A DNA stretch of 64,000 bases from a virus (IMGVR_UViG_3300030330_006525:32001-96000); one strand, 5' to 3'; positions 45,438 through 56,348 are shown, numbered from the stretch's first letter. Notes: generated by a model not told the origin, from the sequence alone. A program made the numbers and translations.

Positions 45438-46580
45438 TTATTTGCTGGCTTTTATTAAATCATTTATGAAATCCAGCGCCTGGTCAAGGTCGCCTTCATC
45501 GTAAGAATTCTCTATTTCTTTGTGAATTTGAAATTTTCGTGAAGAACTCTTCTTTTTCATTCCAGATTCAAAACATCTTAAGTCGTATAATTTTGTAAGC
45601 CACCACTTTAAATCATAATCTTTGTTTAATTGTTCACTTCTCATTTTGACTCTAACTTTATTTGTTGTCATACAAGTTCCGTCTGGACAAATCTTATGCT
45701 GTTTGGCGATTGGGTTGTAATGAACAAAAGCGTTGTAAGAAGCTAGCATAACCAATTGGAAATCTCTCATATCTACTCTGTGCGATTTATAGTAAAAGTC
45801 TTCGAAAAAATCAGAAAAACTCTGATATGGCTCAATGACATAATTATTAATATATGATTGCATTCTAGAAGATTCAATATTGGCCACCAATCTCCATGGA
45901 GAATTTTTTGTAATGTAAAAACCATATCTTGCAGCCATATTAGAGTAAATTGCATAATTTGGGTGAGCAACAATCGAACCTCTTAATCTATCGTTATTCT
46001 CACTATAATTACCAAATACAACCGTAAGGCCTGAAATAGCATTAGGTACAGAGTGGCACCTAACAATCCCAGAATTAGTAATAGGGTCTTCATGAGCCCC
46101 CTCTTCTGCCCAGCGAAAAAATATGCTAACAAAATCTTCAAAGTTCATAATCTTGTTGTTATATGTTTTAGCGTAATAAGAAACAATATAATCAATTATC
46201 TCTTTTCTCCTAGCAGTTACCACATCGTTATAAGGGATTGTATCTTTTACTACGAGCAAGGAATCTAAACCAGGAATTGCATCTTCTGGAAAGTTCGAAA
46301 TTCTTTGATTGTACTCAGCCATGAAATCATTGCACGCATCGACTACAAATCCCAAACCAAAAACACTTGAATTAAAAAACTGTTTTCTACGTATGTCCGG
46401 AAGTATAGATATGGCGTCATTATTTGTATCTACTTTTCCGTACATTCTTTTCTCTTTTGATGTTAAGTCTATACTTGGCTGTTCGCCCATAAGCCTGCTA
46501 GGACTTGAAACTGTTCTATAGTTGTTTCTAGACTGCATAACCTCGAAAAGAGGATGTGGTTTATCATCTACTAATGCCAT
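45438..46580 (-). CDS. Hypothetical phage protein at the end of the baseplate operon
   Basis: Long ORF; AARYGF...NSPWRLVANI. Confidence 0.75.
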   Translation of the reverse strand: MALVDDKPHPLFEVMQSRNNYRTVSSPSRLMGEQPSIDLTSKEKRMYGKVDTNNDAISILPDIRRKQFFNSSVFGLGFVVDACNDFMAEYNQRISNFPEDAIPGLDSLLVVKDTIPYNDVVTARRKEIIDYIVSYYAKTYNNKIMNFEDFVSIFFRWAEEGAHEDPITNSGIVRCHSVPNAISGLTVVFGNYSENNDRLRGSIVAHPNYAIYSNMAARYGFYITKNSPWRLVANIESSRMQSYINNYVIEPYQSFSDFFEDFYYKSHRVDMRDFQLVMLASYNAFVHYNPIAKQHKICPDGTCMTTNKVRVKMRSEQLNKDYDLKWWLTKLYDLRCFESGMKKKSSSRKFQIHKEIENSYDEGDLDQALDFINDLIKASK

Positions 46581-46586
46581 AAAATA

Positions 46587-49500
46587 TTACCTCCTTGTAA
46601 GATCTGGTCCAGCGTATGGATATGCTGTAACCAATTGTCTACCTCTTCGTTCTCTGTCAAATTCACTAGTTTGTCGGACCCCTGTTGTCTGTGTGGCTAG
46701 GATTCGCCGGCGAACGAAGAGTTCTTCTTCATCAGTTAACAAAAAATCAAGATTATCATTATATTCTTCTAGAGTGCCAGTTTGTGATGAACTTGCAAAA
46801 TTTTCTAGACTCCTCGCCGTGCGCCTTGCAAGGCGTGCGAGGTCTTGGGCGTCCATTTCTGACTCACTTAATCCATAATTTTCGACTAATGCTTCGAACT
46901 GTCTTTCAGCGGTTCTTGTTTCTCTTCTAAGCTCTGGTGATGACATATCTGTGATATGATATTCATATGTTATACCCCCACCAAATGTGCTTTGTGCGTC
47001 ATCTTTCACTCTTTGTATAGTGCTTTCTTTGTCTGTGTTGAGAACACCTGTAGATTCCCATGTCCTCACTTCAAAAGCATGTTTCTTAGACGCGACAGTT
47101 GATAATTCTGCTGCATTGCCGGCTATCTGTGCAGTCATACGATAATTTCTTGTACCCTCTATCTTGATACTTACTAATAATAAGTTATAGCTTTGGCGCT
47201 CTTCTCTAGTTCTATAGCCGACAATCCTTTCTACCAACTCAACACCGCCGAAATGTTCCGGGTCAACTTGAATATCCGCTCTTAAGAAATGGATTCCGGC
47301 GTCATTGACAAGCCTAGGTTCGCTAATACCTGCGTCCCGATAGGCTAGTATAAGTTTGGGCCTAGATGGAATAAGCGTCTTTCCGTCTGTTGTAGGGTAT
47401 ATTTCGTGCAATGCTTCATAATACAGTATAATTTCTCTGTCAAGCGCTGCATTATTACCAGATTGAATTAATGACGGGATTAATTCTAGTTTGTTAGCAT
47501 ACCGGCCATATTTTTCTCTCTCTTCTAAGTAAGCCTGCTTCTGGGGCTCCCATCTTTCTCTGCGGAATCTTTCAGAACGTTCATTGAATTGCTGCAACAG
47601 GTCTTGCCCAGTTAAAACTCTCTCTGGGGTCCAGTATATCTCCACATCCATCATTGCTAGAACTTCAGGTAAACCCTTTTCTATGTCTGCCTGATTTCCC
47701 TCTGCGCGTAGGCGGTCCGTATGAAATCTTACGCGACGCTCGTAATATTCGTTCTCACGTTCGTCAATTTCTTGTTGTGTTTCTGCACCGTATGTTCCAA
47801 CGTCCTCTCGTCCAAATTCCCAAGACTCTAAAAATCTAACGCTTATAACTTCATCAGTACCAGGCTTTAACCTTACATCTACTTCTTTGTCTGCAACTAG
47901 CCTATAAGCTTCTAGTCTCAATGCCTCGTCTTCTTCTGGTGTTAGCTCACCGGCAACAAGACCGTCGCGCTCCAACAATGCATCAACTACTGCGCGGTTA
48001 ACTGCCATCATAGGAGAATTGAAATCATATTGCCTGACAGCAGTTCCATCTATACTCTCTGCATCATATATCTCTGCATTCTCGGAATACCACATTTCAA
48101 AATCTTGATTGCGTGCGCCGATTGGTGGCTTTTCAATCTTGAGGTTGTCTGTAAAATTGTTATCCTTTTCTTGCAATACAATTGGCGCATCTTTGGGCCA
48201 ACCCTCAAATTGTCCATTTATTTCTGTCACGTAAGAGCCGTCTGCCGATATTGTATTGTCTACAACAGTCGCTATATAATAGCCCCCTAAGCCTAATTTT
48301 CTAGCAACAGAATTGTCATTTTTTGGATTACCCATGCCACTGAAAGTTGGGTCCACATAGAACCTACAACCTGGAGTTATATAAGGATATCCAAACATAG
48401 TCACACTAGTATTGAAAGGCAATCTCATTTTGTCCAAAGGACTTCCGTTGGTTATTAAACTTTCCCTGAGACCTGGAATGTCTACTTTTGAAAAATTGAT
48501 TTCTTTTATCAAACCTCTATCGCGACCAACATGCATATGCATAATACCCTTCTCTTCATCTTCTCTTCGATTTCCAGAGCGACTTAAGGGATATATATCG
48601 CAAGACAGAATTATGTATTCATAGTTTTGTTCATTTGCAGTGCTCTTTTTAGGTCTGTTGCGGTCTTCTAAAATCTCTGTGATTGGAAATCTTCGCAGTT
48701 CCTTAAGTTTTTTGTCTAATTGGCTTGATACCGTCATCGTGTTTATTCTTGTTTTCACCCCACCACTATTCAAACCCAAATCATCGAAACATGCTGCTCC
48801 CAGCGCCTTAAAAACTAAATCAGCCATTAATTTTCTTACAAATTTTACGAACGGCAAACTGTTTCTCAATCTTCTAGTAAAGTTATCTGTATACCAATTT
48901 GTAAATACTGCCATCGAGATTGGTATATCTGCAATATTTACAACCTTTCTTTTGCAATTCAAATCTCTATAAACGAAGGAAGAAGTAATAATTCTATATC
49001 TTGAATTAGTTTGGTCAAACCTCTCGCCCATTATTTTGGCTGCAGCTTCTAATATATCACCAACATATATAAAAGGAAAGATATAGTTATCTGATAGGTC
49101 GATTGAATATAAGGCTATCTGACCATCACTTACGCCTTTTGGTTTGTTTTTACCAACAGCAGTTGCATCTACGGCCTTCTTTGCTCTATTTCTTGCTTTA
49201 TTTCTCATCTCCATAGAAGCAGACTTTGCTTTCTTTACAGACTGTACCTCAACTTCAGTAATGGTGAATGGCTTTGGTGGAGGCTCAGCGTTTGCTAAAA
49301 ATGTGTAATTTGCTCCAACTTTCCCGTCTATACATTTGGCAATTGTATCAATATTGAATTTTGCAAAATAAATCCTATTTAAACTTTCTATATATTCCAA
49401 CAAAGCAGAAAATCTTTCATGTCGCATCTCTCTATATTCGGACTCTAGTTCATATTTGGTAGCTTCTAGTGTTCTAACCGCATCAGAACTTATCTTGTCT

Positions 49501-51113
49501 TTTGCTAATAATCTAGCATTGGCATTCCTTTCCTCATCTTCTTCATATTGCGTATTATCTATTAGTTCTAATTGAGCATTCAATAGGGCTTCTTGTTGTT
49601 TCTTCTCTATTTTAAAGTTGCTTTCAAACTGCTCTCTAACTTGCTTTTCTTCTGCAGATTCTGCAAAAATATCTGCCTTGTTCGTTTCCAAGGCAGCTTC
49701 AATTCTGCCAATATATTCAACTGTCAATTCAACAGTTCCATCTTGATTAAAATTGAAATCATATTCTTTAGTAATTAACTTAACAACGGTAGTAGCCGCT
49801 TCTATTGCCTTTAATTCTTCTGTAGAGAAAAAAGTGTTTTGCTTATCTTTAGGTACATTCCAGCCAACTTCTGCTTCTATTTCAAACTGCTCTATTTCAT
49901 TGGTATGAGTGGTCATCACGTCTTGTTCGAAAGGGTCACACAACTTTGTTTTTCTAGAAGTTGGTTGTGAGGGACTATTTTTTGCAGAAGAAAAACTTAT
50001 AAGATCTGTATAATCTGCTCTGTTTGATTCTTCTGGAAAACCTCTCACAAAGAAGCCCAAGTCTTGTATATAAATCTTTAGAGTAGCCTCAATTAATCTT
50101 TGAGCTGTCGCTGGATTATCTCCTGTGTATTTCCAATTAAAACTTTGAATCCCAACTCCCGTTCCCCTGCCTTGGTTTGATTCTAAGATTTTATCAATTT
50201 CATCTTTTGTTTCAGAAGTCTCAAAAACAAAAGGCTTTGTTTTGACCACTCTAAAATCGCCTTTTGCAGTTTTGTGAACATACACTTTTCTTAACTTAAT
50301 TTTTGGATACATATAAGACAATTTATCAGTTGTTAAATTCTGTAAAGAACGCAAATCAGGAAAATTAGAAAAACTATTGATAATAGGAGTAGCGCTGTCT
50401 GTCTCTGCCATCATAATATGCTTCAAGGGCTCTTCTTCTGTTATTTTTGTACGATACCAAGATGCATAATTATTTAAGTATGCCATCATGAAACACTGTT
50501 CATCAAAGCTCTTGTTTTCTGCCATCTTTTTTAGATGACTATCTCTAACTGCTGTATCAATAGCTGCTTGAGGAACGTCTGCAGGTCTTCTGACAGGAGT
50601 ATAGGTTCTTGGTGGTGTGTCTTCATTTTGAGTTTTTTCACCACCCTCTCCCGGGTCATCAGATATTTCACTCATCAAAACCGGTGATGGGGTTGCCGGA
50701 ATTTGATTCTGTGACATCATAGATATAACATAAAATTCTGCAATATTTTGTACATCAACCGATTCGAGTGCTGTGGAGCCGGGAATTTGCTTTCCTTCCG
50801 CATCTAAATATGGCACTGACATGCCACCCTCCGCGGAGGAAATACGCATTTTATAAATATGAGTAGAATTTATAAACTCTTGCCCATCGTCGCAAGCCTG
50901 CAGTGCAGCTTTTATCAAAACACCCTTGAAAAGCTCTCTCTTATCTGGTGGAGTTTTTGAACCTGCTTCAATGCGAAGCATTACCGCCCTGCCCATGGCA
51001 TCTGTAATCTTTATTATTTCCTCCGGAACAATATTTCTTCGCTCTGAGGATTGAATATCGTTAAAGAACTTTTCGGGGCTTATATATTTATATGCTGCAA
51101 CACCTGACGCCAT
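46587..51113 (-). CDS. Large baseplate hub-like protein (gp27/VgrG-type) with C-terminal extension
   Basis: Position after LysM/tube-like genes; VTMFGYPYITPG...GLGGYYIATVVDNTIS hub-like motif. Confidence 0.6.
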   Translation of the reverse strand: MASGVAAYKYISPEKFFNDIQSSERRNIVPEEIIKITDAMGRAVMLRIEAGSKTPPDKRELFKGVLIKAALQACDDGQEFINSTHIYKMRISSAEGGMSVPYLDAEGKQIPGSTALESVDVQNIAEFYVISMMSQNQIPATPSPVLMSEISDDPGEGGEKTQNEDTPPRTYTPVRRPADVPQAAIDTAVRDSHLKKMAENKSFDEQCFMMAYLNNYASWYRTKITEEEPLKHIMMAETDSATPIINSFSNFPDLRSLQNLTTDKLSYMYPKIKLRKVYVHKTAKGDFRVVKTKPFVFETSETKDEIDKILESNQGRGTGVGIQSFNWKYTGDNPATAQRLIEATLKIYIQDLGFFVRGFPEESNRADYTDLISFSSAKNSPSQPTSRKTKLCDPFEQDVMTTHTNEIEQFEIEAEVGWNVPKDKQNTFFSTEELKAIEAATTVVKLITKEYDFNFNQDGTVELTVEYIGRIEAALETNKADIFAESAEEKQVREQFESNFKIEKKQQEALLNAQLELIDNTQYEEDEERNANARLLAKDKISSDAVRTLEATKYELESEYREMRHERFSALLEYIESLNRIYFAKFNIDTIAKCIDGKVGANYTFLANAEPPPKPFTITEVEVQSVKKAKSASMEMRNKARNRAKKAVDATAVGKNKPKGVSDGQIALYSIDLSDNYIFPFIYVGDILEAAAKIMGERFDQTNSRYRIITSSFVYRDLNCKRKVVNIADIPISMAVFTNWYTDNFTRRLRNSLPFVKFVRKLMADLVFKALGAACFDDLGLNSGGVKTRINTMTVSSQLDKKLKELRRFPITEILEDRNRPKKSTANEQNYEYIILSCDIYPLSRSGNRREDEEKGIMHMHVGRDRGLIKEINFSKVDIPGLRESLITNGSPLDKMRLPFNTSVTMFGYPYITPGCRFYVDPTFSGMGNPKNDNSVARKLGLGGYYIATVVDNTISADGSYVTEINGQFEGWPKDAPIVLQEKDNNFTDNLKIEKPPIGARNQDFEMWYSENAEIYDAESIDGTAVRQYDFNSPMMAVNRAVVDALLERDGLVAGELTPEEDEALRLEAYRLVADKEVDVRLKPGTDEVISVRFLESWEFGREDVGTYGAETQQEIDERENEYYERRVRFHTDRLRAEGNQADIEKGLPEVLAMMDVEIYWTPERVLTGQDLLQQFNERSERFRRERWEPQKQAYLEEREKYGRYANKLELIPSLIQSGNNAALDREIILYYEALHEIYPTTDGKTLIPSRPKLILAYRDAGISEPRLVNDAGIHFLRADIQVDPEHFGGVELVERIVGYRTREERQSYNLLLVSIKIEGTRNYRMTAQIAGNAAELSTVASKKHAFEVRTWESTGVLNTDKESTIQRVKDDAQSTFGGGITYEYHITDMSSPELRRETRTAERQFEALVENYGLSESEMDAQDLARLARRTARSLENFASSSQTGTLEEYNDNLDFLLTDEEELFVRRRILATQTTGVRQTSEFDRERRGRQLVTAYPYAGPDLTRR

Positions 51114-51114
51114 T

Positions 51115-51459
51115 TTATTCTCTCGACCTGTAATAAAGTGTAACTAAATCTTCTAATGGGTGAGGAATTGCTATTTTATCTCCAACTTTGAAATGTGCAT
51201 CTGTTGGCTTTTGATTGAACCATGCTAATACCCACCACATTTCTGAGTCTCCATAAGCTTCATGAGCAAACTTATGTAATCTGTCACCAATTGACCAAAC
51301 TTTATAATTTATAATTAAATCTTCTAAGTCTTCATCTTTCAAATCATAAAAAGTGTGCCTTTTATAATGTTTTAATTGTGTAATGCCTCTATCTTTTAAG
51401 ACATTCCGATAAAGCTTAACATTGTTAATAACAACTCTAGTATTTACATACCTGCTCAC
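51115..51459 (-). CDS. LysM/tail-X (gp53-like) baseplate protein
   Basis: MSRY...GDRLHKFAHEAYGDSEMWWVLAWFN...GDKIAIP. Confidence 0.85.
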   Translation of the reverse strand: MSRYVNTRVVINNVKLYRNVLKDRGITQLKHYKRHTFYDLKDEDLEDLIINYKVWSIGDRLHKFAHEAYGDSEMWWVLAWFNQKPTDAHFKVGDKIAIPHPLEDLVTLYYRSRE

Positions 51460-51461
51460 AA

Positions 51462-52301
51462 TTAGTTGCCTCCTAAAATATTGTTTTTAGCTCTATTTTT
51501 TTGATTGTCAAATCGAGACTCGGTAGTATTAACAAAATTTCCGACATCATCTCTTCTTCTATTGTCACTACCATCCCTTGTCAAACTATGGGTTCCATAA
51601 GGATATGCCATACCCTGAGTAGCACCTGCTTTGTCACCTCTCCAAGCATTGTCATCGTCCCAACCTAACTTATGTGTATGCAAAACAGTCATCTCGCAGT
51701 TCATTTCTACATGCTTTGGATAAGTCTTTCCGTTATTAGTCATGAACATACCTGGCTCAAAATTAGGAGCATAATTGAACGCTTCAATAGCACCCAACAA
51801 ACCTAAATCTCTAGCAGCAACAGAACCAGCGGGACGAATCCTACGCCCTGAGTCATCTAATATCGGGTCACCAACAGGAGGCAAAGCGCCGGCATCGACT
51901 ATCATATTTGCAAACTTAACTTTTATAAGAGGAGTTGCTTGTATTGTTTCTATTTCACCAGAATTATACTTTGGATATAATAGTGTTACTAAATTTTCTA
52001 TTCTCGCTAAATTACTGACTGCTTCAGTTATATTAACAGCAACAATATCGAAAGTAAAACTAATATTTCGAACTGTGCCCTGATAAGTCATTATCGGGTC
52101 CATACGACCATAAACATTTTCTGAATTATAACTTGCCTGATATCTGTCCTCAAACTGAGTCATGAAACCTTTGAAACTTACAGCTCTTCCTGTCGCGACA
52201 GAATAGAAATCTAGCACATAACCACCAGCTTTTGAAGAAAGATACTGGTCAGCTATTGAGCCATGGTCAGCTAGTTTCTTTATAACTCCTTTTTTCGACA
52301 T
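51462..52301 (-). CDS. Baseplate tube-initiator-like protein
   Basis: YGRMDPIMTYQGTVRNISFTF, PLIKVKFAN, PKHVEMNC. Confidence 0.7.
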   Translation of the reverse strand: MSKKGVIKKLADHGSIADQYLSSKAGGYVLDFYSVATGRAVSFKGFMTQFEDRYQASYNSENVYGRMDPIMTYQGTVRNISFTFDIVAVNITEAVSNLARIENLVTLLYPKYNSGEIETIQATPLIKVKFANMIVDAGALPPVGDPILDDSGRRIRPAGSVAARDLGLLGAIEAFNYAPNFEPGMFMTNNGKTYPKHVEMNCEMTVLHTHKLGWDDDNAWRGDKAGATQGMAYPYGTHSLTRDGSDNRRRDDVGNFVNTTESRFDNQKNRAKNNILGGN

Positions 52302-52306
52302 TTTGT

Positions 52307-54235
52307 TTACCTCCTGTACCTATTACCAGTCTCAATAACTCCCTTTTCAAGACCCTTCATTGTTACAACTTTAGGTTTCTCATTCGATTCTATTAGTTTT
52401 TCTATGGCACTTGTGAGCGCGTTGTATGCCTCACCGGGAAGGTGTGAACCATCATAGAGTCCCGGAGGAGTTATCGGTGTTACCATTTCGCCTGGAGCTA
52501 CCGGAGTTGCTCGTTCCGCTGCTCTCATTTTTGCTTGCGCCAATAGGGTGCCGCCATAAGCCACCGCACCTCCGGTGACTGTGCCTACTCCAGGTACAAC
52601 AGAACCAGCGTACAGACCTACTCCAGTGGCGAAAGCTCTTGCGTCTGATTCGTTTTGCGTAGGGTTCATAAAAGCACCATATATATCACCAAGCGTCATC
52701 TCCCCAGAAGTATCTTCTCCCATAAATTCTTTTTTGAAATATTTCATAACCTCACTAGATTGAACAATTAGGTAATCCATGGACTTTAAAACAGACTGAG
52801 TACTGGTTAAAATAGCAGCTCCAAACGTAGTTAATAAAGGCGATAAATTTGTAACCATATTGCTAAGAATGTTTCCAGTCCGTTTTACAAAATTATGGGC
52901 AAAATTGTTTAAATTACTAGAAATATTGCCCATTGCTCCATCCACTTTTTCAGCAACGAGCTTCATTTCAGCTGTCGCCCTTTCTTGAAGGTCCATTGTC
53001 ATTTTAGCTGAAGCTAATAAATCTTGTGTGCTTCTAGCTGTTATTCTTGCTGCATCTTCAACAGTTATTTGTGCAGCTCCAAAGGCGTCGCCGCCCTCAG
53101 AAAGAAGCCTAGCCGCTTCATCAGCACTGACTCCCAAAATAGAAGATATCGCGTGCTTCATGTGGCGACCCGACCTTTGAAAGTCTACACCAGCAGCATC
53201 GAATGCGCCGGCAATCTCTTCAATTATTTCAGCAGGATCATCTTTTTGTAAAAGCTCAATAGAATCTAAAAATGGGCCGCCCAAAATAGCATTCAATTTA
53301 CCGACCATACTTGCAGCATCTTCAAATGTATTAAACTTGTTGACAATACCGAACATTGAATCTAAAGACGCTCCAGTTTTCTTTGCAACTGCTTGAAGCT
53401 TGGGAAAAGATTCTAGAACATTTCTTCCAAATTGTCCTAAAGATTTTGTAGCACTCTGAAAACCAGAGCTTATTTGGTCACCTGTCATTCCTAAAGTATT
53501 ACCCAAATTAACAAACATTCTATTTCTTTGAGCAGCAGCATCAGCAGAATCACCAAAGACTCTCATTGAAGTACCCATGGCTTCTGCTTGTTGTGTTGCT
53601 GAAAAACCAAAACGGTTTAGTGCTTCTATTTGCTTTGCAAACTCGTCTGTTAGTTTTGTGGTCTCACCAGCAAAACCCGGAAGTTTACTCTGAAAACTCA
53701 TCAGCCTTTCTTCGAAACCTGCAAATCCTAATTTTGCTAAATTAAGCTCTCTTCTAAGGCTCAAAAAGCGGCCTCTTAAATCTCTAGTGGCTCCAATGGT
53801 TTTAGATGCCACTTTTTGAAAACTATCAAAACCCCCTATAAACTCTTGAAGGACACCAACTATAGCAGAAATAGCTTTAAAAACTGCTCCGAATAGTCCA
53901 CCGGTAAAAAGACTGAAGAGGCCCTTAACCGCCATGCCTGCAGCTTCTACAGCACTTTCGAAGGTTTTTATTTCGTTTGTCATACGAACAATATTAGTGC
54001 CAACATTAAGAGTGCTTTTTGCTATTAAGTCAAACTCTCTACTACCACCCATTAAAGAATCAGCATAAGTGCCAAATAAGTCACCAATAGCTTTGGCGTC
54101 ACTCTTGATATTCTTCATGGCAGCTTCCATCTTTTCAGTAGAAGTTGCATCTGGACCTGGTGTAATGCCGGCACTTCGGCCAGCCTCAAGCTCAGCAATA
54201 AGTGCTCTCAATGTTTCGTCACTAACTGTTGCCAT
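52307..54235 (-). CDS. Tape measure protein
   Basis: Ala/Gly-rich helical; FNTFEDAA...LNAILGG; position between chaperone and baseplate. Confidence 0.75.
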   Translation of the reverse strand: MATVSDETLRALIAELEAGRSAGITPGPDATSTEKMEAAMKNIKSDAKAIGDLFGTYADSLMGGSREFDLIAKSTLNVGTNIVRMTNEIKTFESAVEAAGMAVKGLFSLFTGGLFGAVFKAISAIVGVLQEFIGGFDSFQKVASKTIGATRDLRGRFLSLRRELNLAKLGFAGFEERLMSFQSKLPGFAGETTKLTDEFAKQIEALNRFGFSATQQAEAMGTSMRVFGDSADAAAQRNRMFVNLGNTLGMTGDQISSGFQSATKSLGQFGRNVLESFPKLQAVAKKTGASLDSMFGIVNKFNTFEDAASMVGKLNAILGGPFLDSIELLQKDDPAEIIEEIAGAFDAAGVDFQRSGRHMKHAISSILGVSADEAARLLSEGGDAFGAAQITVEDAARITARSTQDLLASAKMTMDLQERATAEMKLVAEKVDGAMGNISSNLNNFAHNFVKRTGNILSNMVTNLSPLLTTFGAAILTSTQSVLKSMDYLIVQSSEVMKYFKKEFMGEDTSGEMTLGDIYGAFMNPTQNESDARAFATGVGLYAGSVVPGVGTVTGGAVAYGGTLLAQAKMRAAERATPVAPGEMVTPITPPGLYDGSHLPGEAYNALTSAIEKLIESNEKPKVVTMKGLEKGVIETGNRYRR

Positions 54236-54249
54236 AATTTAGTAGTTCC

Positions 54250-54579
54250 TTACTTAAAGGGCCAGATGATACCCGTCTCTCTTTCAAAATCTGTAACTTT
54301 TTTCATTAAAGCTGTTCTGCTTGGATTTGTTTGTGGGTCGCCCAAACCGTGCTTTCTAACAGCATCAATGAACAGCTTTTCGCCCGCTAGAGCACCAATA
54401 AAAGCCTTAATCTGCAATGGAGTTCCTTTAATTTTTGCTCCTGCAGCAGATGGACCCTCTTCAAGAGGTGTTCCAAACATCTGAAATAAAATCAACTTAA
54501 TCTTTGCACCTAACTTGTAAAGTTCTGCGCCTTCTTTAATATTCCTAAAATCTATAACAATCTCATTTTGTTCTTGCAT
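54250..54579 (-). CDS. Hypothetical late protein
   Basis: GGAGG SD, CTATTTA upstream; FERETGIIWPFK. Confidence 0.75.
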   Translation of the reverse strand: MQEQNEIVIDFRNIKEGAELYKLGAKIKLILFQMFGTPLEEGPSAAGAKIKGTPLQIKAFIGALAGEKLFIDAVRKHGLGDPQTNPSRTALMKKVTDFERETGIIWPFK

Positions 54580-54617
54580 TTTGGATAAACCTCCACATTA
54601 TAAATAGATGAAAATAC

Positions 54618-54648
54618 AAAAAAAAGAAACCGGGAATGACCCGGTTTC
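54618..54648 (-). terminator. Rho-independent terminator GAAACCGGG-loop-CCCGGTTTC-T8
   Basis: 9-bp stem plus U-tract. Confidence 0.85.
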
Positions 54649-54658
54649 AAATTAGACA

Positions 54659-54860
54659 CTATTTCCTTTTACTTTTTCTAGCAGCCTTCTCTTGCGCTTC
54701 TCTTTCCTCTTCAAAATGCTGACTTAATCTTTGAACAAACCATTGTCTTAGTTTTATTGGCAAGTTATAAGCCTCGAAGAAAGACCAGCCACCGTGATGT
54801 TTCAAGTAGAAGAACTGTTCATATACGTGCTTCATATATGAATCAGCTAGGAAAAAAAAA
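54659..54860 (-). CDS. Tail assembly chaperone extension (gpGT-like), probably expressed by frameshift
   Basis: YEQFFYLKHHGGWSFFEAYNLPIKLRQWF; overlaps upstream gene at a T9 run. Confidence 0.65.
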
Positions 54861-55691
54861 GTCGGCCCCGAAGGGCACCTCCATTCTCGATTCCGAGCCA
54901 CAATTCGGACACGATATTTCCTGTGTTAAACTAACATTCGGAATTATCTTCCTATAAGCATCGCGAACCAGCCTGGAATCTTTCGCTGGCATCACTTCAA
55001 TAAATTTCGCTATCAAACCTTGGTCTGTACTGCCTGCAGCTGAAACTACAATCTCTTTTAGCAAATCTGTTAAATGAGATTCTGGTAACTTGAGTTTCAT
55101 CTTTTTGGATGTAGCTGCATCCATTCTTTTTTGGTCTCCTGAGTTTAAGGGTTTTAAGCCAACTCTAACTTTGGAAACAGGCAAATCAACATAGAACAGA
55201 TTGTTTTCAAAAATAACATCTATTCCTTCAACTTCATCACCAGTATGATGGATAGATGGTTCAGATAAACTAAACGAATGTTCAAACCTGTGAGAACAAA
55301 CTGGACATCCAATCTCTGTATCGTATCTGTCACCATAACCAGTAATTCTAGTTGCTAAAAGAATAGCATTTTTATCACCAATTAAGAGGTCATCAACATT
55401 AAAATTAGCGTTAACCAAAACAGACTGAATTAGCCGGTCTATAACAATACCTTTTCTAATAAGAGTCTTTGAAGTAAGGATATCTTCTTCTTTTGCTGTC
55501 ATATACTTAATTTCTAAAGTATCTACATTGTGAAGAGGATGTCCCTCTGGATACAACATTCCCTTACTAGGCAAATCAACAAATTCTGTTGGCCTAGTAA
55601 AGGAAAGTAGTTGTTCATTCTGTGTTACAATCGGAGCAGGGGAATCAGCAGGCTCTGCTGCTGAATTTAAGCGGTCACTATTTCTCGACAT
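54843..55691 (-). CDS. Tail assembly chaperone / T4 gp26-like baseplate assembly protein
   Basis: VDLPSKG, MTAKEEDIL, LLIGDKNAIL..RITGYG, CPVC and CPNC, ends FFFP. Confidence 0.8.
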   Translation of the reverse strand: MSRNSDRLNSAAEPADSPAPIVTQNEQLLSFTRPTEFVDLPSKGMLYPEGHPLHNVDTLEIKYMTAKEEDILTSKTLIRKGIVIDRLIQSVLVNANFNVDDLLIGDKNAILLATRITGYGDRYDTEIGCPVCSHRFEHSFSLSEPSIHHTGDEVEGIDVIFENNLFYVDLPVSKVRVGLKPLNSGDQKRMDAATSKKMKLKLPESHLTDLLKEIVVSAAGSTDQGLIAKFIEVMPAKDSRLVRDAYRKIIPNVSLTQEISCPNCGSESRMEVPFGADFFFPS

Positions 55692-55718
55692 TTATACCTC
55701 TTTTCTTATCTATTTTTG

Positions 55719-56348
55719 TTAACTATCATTTACTCTGCCACCACCAGCAATTGGAGAAGCCATATCTTCAGGTAGTCTATCTGCTGGAGTTGGTGACAAC
55801 AAGTCGGCACCAGTTGTAGGCTTAAGTAAGCAACGTGCATAATCATATCTTAAAGTCATATTAATATTTACTAATTCATCACTTTCATATGAAAGCTCAC
55901 CAAAATCTAAATTAGTGATAAATGGATTTTTCAATACCCATGTTTCGATTTTACCACCACCATCTGGATCAATTTGGTCGATATAAATTTCTCTGCCCAG
56001 TGCTTCAATTGATTTCTTCTTAGAAATTGTAATAACTCCTCCGCCAGTAGTATCAATGTCGCTAGGATAAACATAACCCATATCTCTAACTATCTCCATT
56101 AGTGTAGCAGTAGCATCCGGATCAACCGGGTCGACCAAAGTTATGTCAATTGGTTGCCACTCAACTCGTCCTGGATAATAAAAAGTGTAATTAATAAATT
56201 GATGTTGAGTCTCTGAAATTTGCAGGCTAGGCTTTTTTACAGTTTTGATAATCCACTGCGGAATACCCCTCATATTAGACAGAACATATCTATACTGTCT
56301 TTTAGGTTCTGAAAAAGCGTCTGCCCAAAAACGGCCTTTATTTGACAT
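55719..56348 (-). CDS. Tail tube protein (T4 gp19-like)
   Basis: EPKRQYR, YYPGRVEW..I.ITLVDP, W.L..PF...DFGELSY, LRYD. Confidence 0.88.
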   Translation of the reverse strand: MSNKGRFWADAFSEPKRQYRYVLSNMRGIPQWIIKTVKKPSLQISETQHQFINYTFYYPGRVEWQPIDITLVDPVDPDATATLMEIVRDMGYVYPSDIDTTGGGVITISKKKSIEALGREIYIDQIDPDGGGKIETWVLKNPFITNLDFGELSYESDELVNINMTLRYDYARCLLKPTTGADLLSPTPADRLPEDMASPIAGGGRVNDS

